Part shown: piece by piece, positions 62,319 to 64,000 of the stretch
How positions within the stretch are numbered: position 1 is the stretch's first letter
Layout: each line of letters begins with the position of its first letter
Source of the DNA: an uncultured Anaerolineae bacterium
GTDB lineage: Bacteria; Chloroflexota; Anaerolineae; Anaerolineales; Villigracilaceae
Assembly (NCBI GenBank): GCA_903908605.1
Contig: CAIVSQ010000264.1
Span: 494-64,493 of the forward strand
Reading direction: 5' to 3'
Length of the DNA stretch: 64,000 nucleotides
Notes under the pieces: model-generated
The model's input: the letters and a program-made list of their open reading frames with translations, nothing else
What the model was told of the DNA's origin: nothing
Database searches by the model: none
Translations under genes and position numbers: made by a program

Positions 62319-63761
62319 CTATTTTTGAATGATGTATCTTTCGACCATTTTCTGGTTGGTTGTAACGTAGAGTCTGCCCTGGTCGTCGAAAGCGATACCA
62401 TAAGCAAACGTGTGTGCTTTTAATACGTCAATATAGCGTCCGTCGTTGCTAAAAATCTGGATTCCCTTCATGTCACTGACAAATATCCGCCCTTTTCCAT
62501 CGATTCCGATGGCGGAAGGTGCCCTGAATTGTCCGGGTTCATCGCCCATGCTTCCAAACTTGTTTTTAAATTTACCTTCGGAGTCAAAAATGAAGACAGC
62601 GTTGTTGAAGGTTCCCAACAGGTATATGTTGCCGATGCCATCCACAGCGATCCGTGAGGATAATTCTGAATCATCCGTAATGCTAGATATGATTTCGTCG
62701 TAACGTTCCAGGACCTTGCCATCGGGGGCCAGGTGGAACAAGGTATCTCCGCGTGAGAGTACCAGCATTGATCCATCTAAAAGAACCGCGACGTCATCAT
62801 AATAATAATGAATATCTTCAGATTCGATGGTTCTTAATGGGGTGCCTTTTTTATCAAATACCAGGATCTTGCCGCCGGTGGCGATGTAAACATTACCTTC
62901 GCGATCAGCCGTGATGGATAGAATATATAGTTTTTTTCCGGGGATAATCCACTGGTGCGTGAACTTGCCCTGCGAGTCAAAGGCCTGGACCCGACCGCCT
63001 TCAAAATCAGCAGCGAAAAAACCACCTGTCGATGGGTCAACTGCAATTCCGCGTACGTCACCAAATAAGCCTGGACCGGTGCCTTCACCACCAATGGAGA
63101 GATCAACGCTGCCGAAGCCGGTGGCCTTGGCGATTCCGCTGGCGACAGTAGGTGAGATCGGCAGGTTAGGCAGGCTGGTCAACACTAATTCGGGTTGGGT
63201 GCCAATAACCAGGCCAGCCAGTGATGCCAGGGTTGGCAGCCCAACTGAGATCAAAATGCCTGCTGCCAGGATAAATAAAAAGCAACCCACCACGCAGCCG
63301 GCTCCCATGCCACTTTTGGGTTTAGCCGTTCTGCGTCGAACAGGTGTTTCTGGGATGTTGTTATCAATTTCCGCGCCGGTGTTGATGAAGGCAGGACCGC
63401 TACTGAGGCTGGTGAGCGTCACTGGCATGCCATTGGCGAGCGCTTCTACTGCGCTGCGGGCTGTCAGTGCATCTGCACCGGTAATTTCCATATATAAACG
63501 GGCGGCGTCATCCATCTTACCTGAGTGCGCCAGTTCTTTGACTTCCTTGAAGCGGCGCGCCTGGTTAACCATTGCCTTCATGTCGACACCTGCCATGCCC
63601 GTCAGCGTGAAGTTATCCTGTCGGGATGAAAATGCAGGTTTTTCGCGCAAATTATCGGGTACGATCACCGAACTGTTGCAATAGGGGCAACGGATGATTG
63701 GGTCGCTGCCCTTGTAATCGAGAGGGGCACCGCAGTTTGGGCAGGTAAAGGTATCTGGCAT
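62319..63761 (-). CDS. Zinc-ribbon / single-pass membrane / six-bladed NHL-repeat beta-propeller protein
   Basis: The N-terminus has CPNCGAPL...CPYCNS, followed by a helical segment and a TM region. Six NHL-like blades follow (for example GIAVDPSTGGFFAADFEGGRVQAFDSQGKF and GIDGKGRIFVSDMKGIQIFSNDGRY). Confidence 0.75.
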   Translation of the reverse strand: MPDTFTCPNCGAPLDYKGSDPIIRCPYCNSSVIVPDNLREKPAFSSRQDNFTLTGMAGVDMKAMVNQARRFKEVKELAHSGKMDDAARLYMEITGADALTARSAVEALANGMPVTLTSLSSGPAFINTGAEIDNNIPETPVRRRTAKPKSGMGAGCVVGCFLFILAAGILISVGLPTLASLAGLVIGTQPELVLTSLPNLPISPTVASGIAKATGFGSVDLSIGGEGTGPGLFGDVRGIAVDPSTGGFFAADFEGGRVQAFDSQGKFTHQWIIPGKKLYILSITADREGNVYIATGGKILVFDKKGTPLRTIESEDIHYYYDDVAVLLDGSMLVLSRGDTLFHLAPDGKVLERYDEIISSITDDSELSSRIAVDGIGNIYLLGTFNNAVFIFDSEGKFKNKFGSMGDEPGQFRAPSAIGIDGKGRIFVSDMKGIQIFSNDGRYIDVLKAHTFAYGIAFDDQGRLYVTTNQKMVERYIIQK

Positions 63762-63800
63762 GGGCTACTCCTTAGCAATTACCGTAAACTTTATAAAGAG

Positions 63801-63837
63801 AAAGGCACACATGTGCTCCTGGCGGATGTGTGCCTTT
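63801..63837 (-). terminator. Hairpin downstream of lysS
   Basis: aaaggcacacat ... atgtgtgccttt inverted repeat with a T-rich flank on the minus strand. Confidence 0.5.
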
Positions 63838-63845
63838 GATTATTT

Positions 63846-64000
<155 letters not shown>

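Overview
This 64 kb chromosomal segment has about 52% GC and is densely coding on both strands. It reads as bacterial, and the Ala/Pro-rich lipoprotein linkers and gene content suggest Chloroflexota/Anaerolineae, but that is only an inference. I found no rRNA, CRISPR array, IS element, integrase or prophage. Most of the window is housekeeping or accessory metabolism. This includes a Liv-type branched-chain amino-acid ABC transporter, nadD, a GH13 amylase-family enzyme, mutL, a four-subunit 2-oxoacid:ferredoxin oxidoreductase, clpS, a DEAD-box helicase, panE, a partial lysS and tRNA-Arg(CCG). It also includes several two-component and c-di-GMP signalling genes. The most unusual locus is a terminator-bounded three-gene operon at about 8342-11528. 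It encodes a signal-less clan CD (gingipain/caspase-like) cysteine protease with a visible His-Cys dyad. It also encodes a 268-aa protein with acidic linkers and a Gly/Ala-rich hydrophobic C-terminal hairpin, and a 107-aa protein. All three products carry the same unrecognised module of about 75 aa, and a short S-F-[G/S/Q] motif recurs in their linkers and in the adjacent C39-like/SH3b protein. I read this as a candidate protease-controlled effector (conflict or cell-death type) system. Other loci worth a second look are listed below:
- a REC-(degenerate ParA)/sirtuin/GAF-kinase operon
- a translationally coupled orphan biosynthetic operon (acyltransferase, flippase-like, ComB, PTPS, GT4, methyltransferase)
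- a fixGH-like metal cluster with a stand-alone ATPase metal-binding domain but no ATPase
- arsR-arsM with a double methyltransferase, divergent from an AbrB-fused radical SAM/SPASM enzyme
- a paralogous zinc-ribbon membrane protein pair, one carrying an NHL propeller
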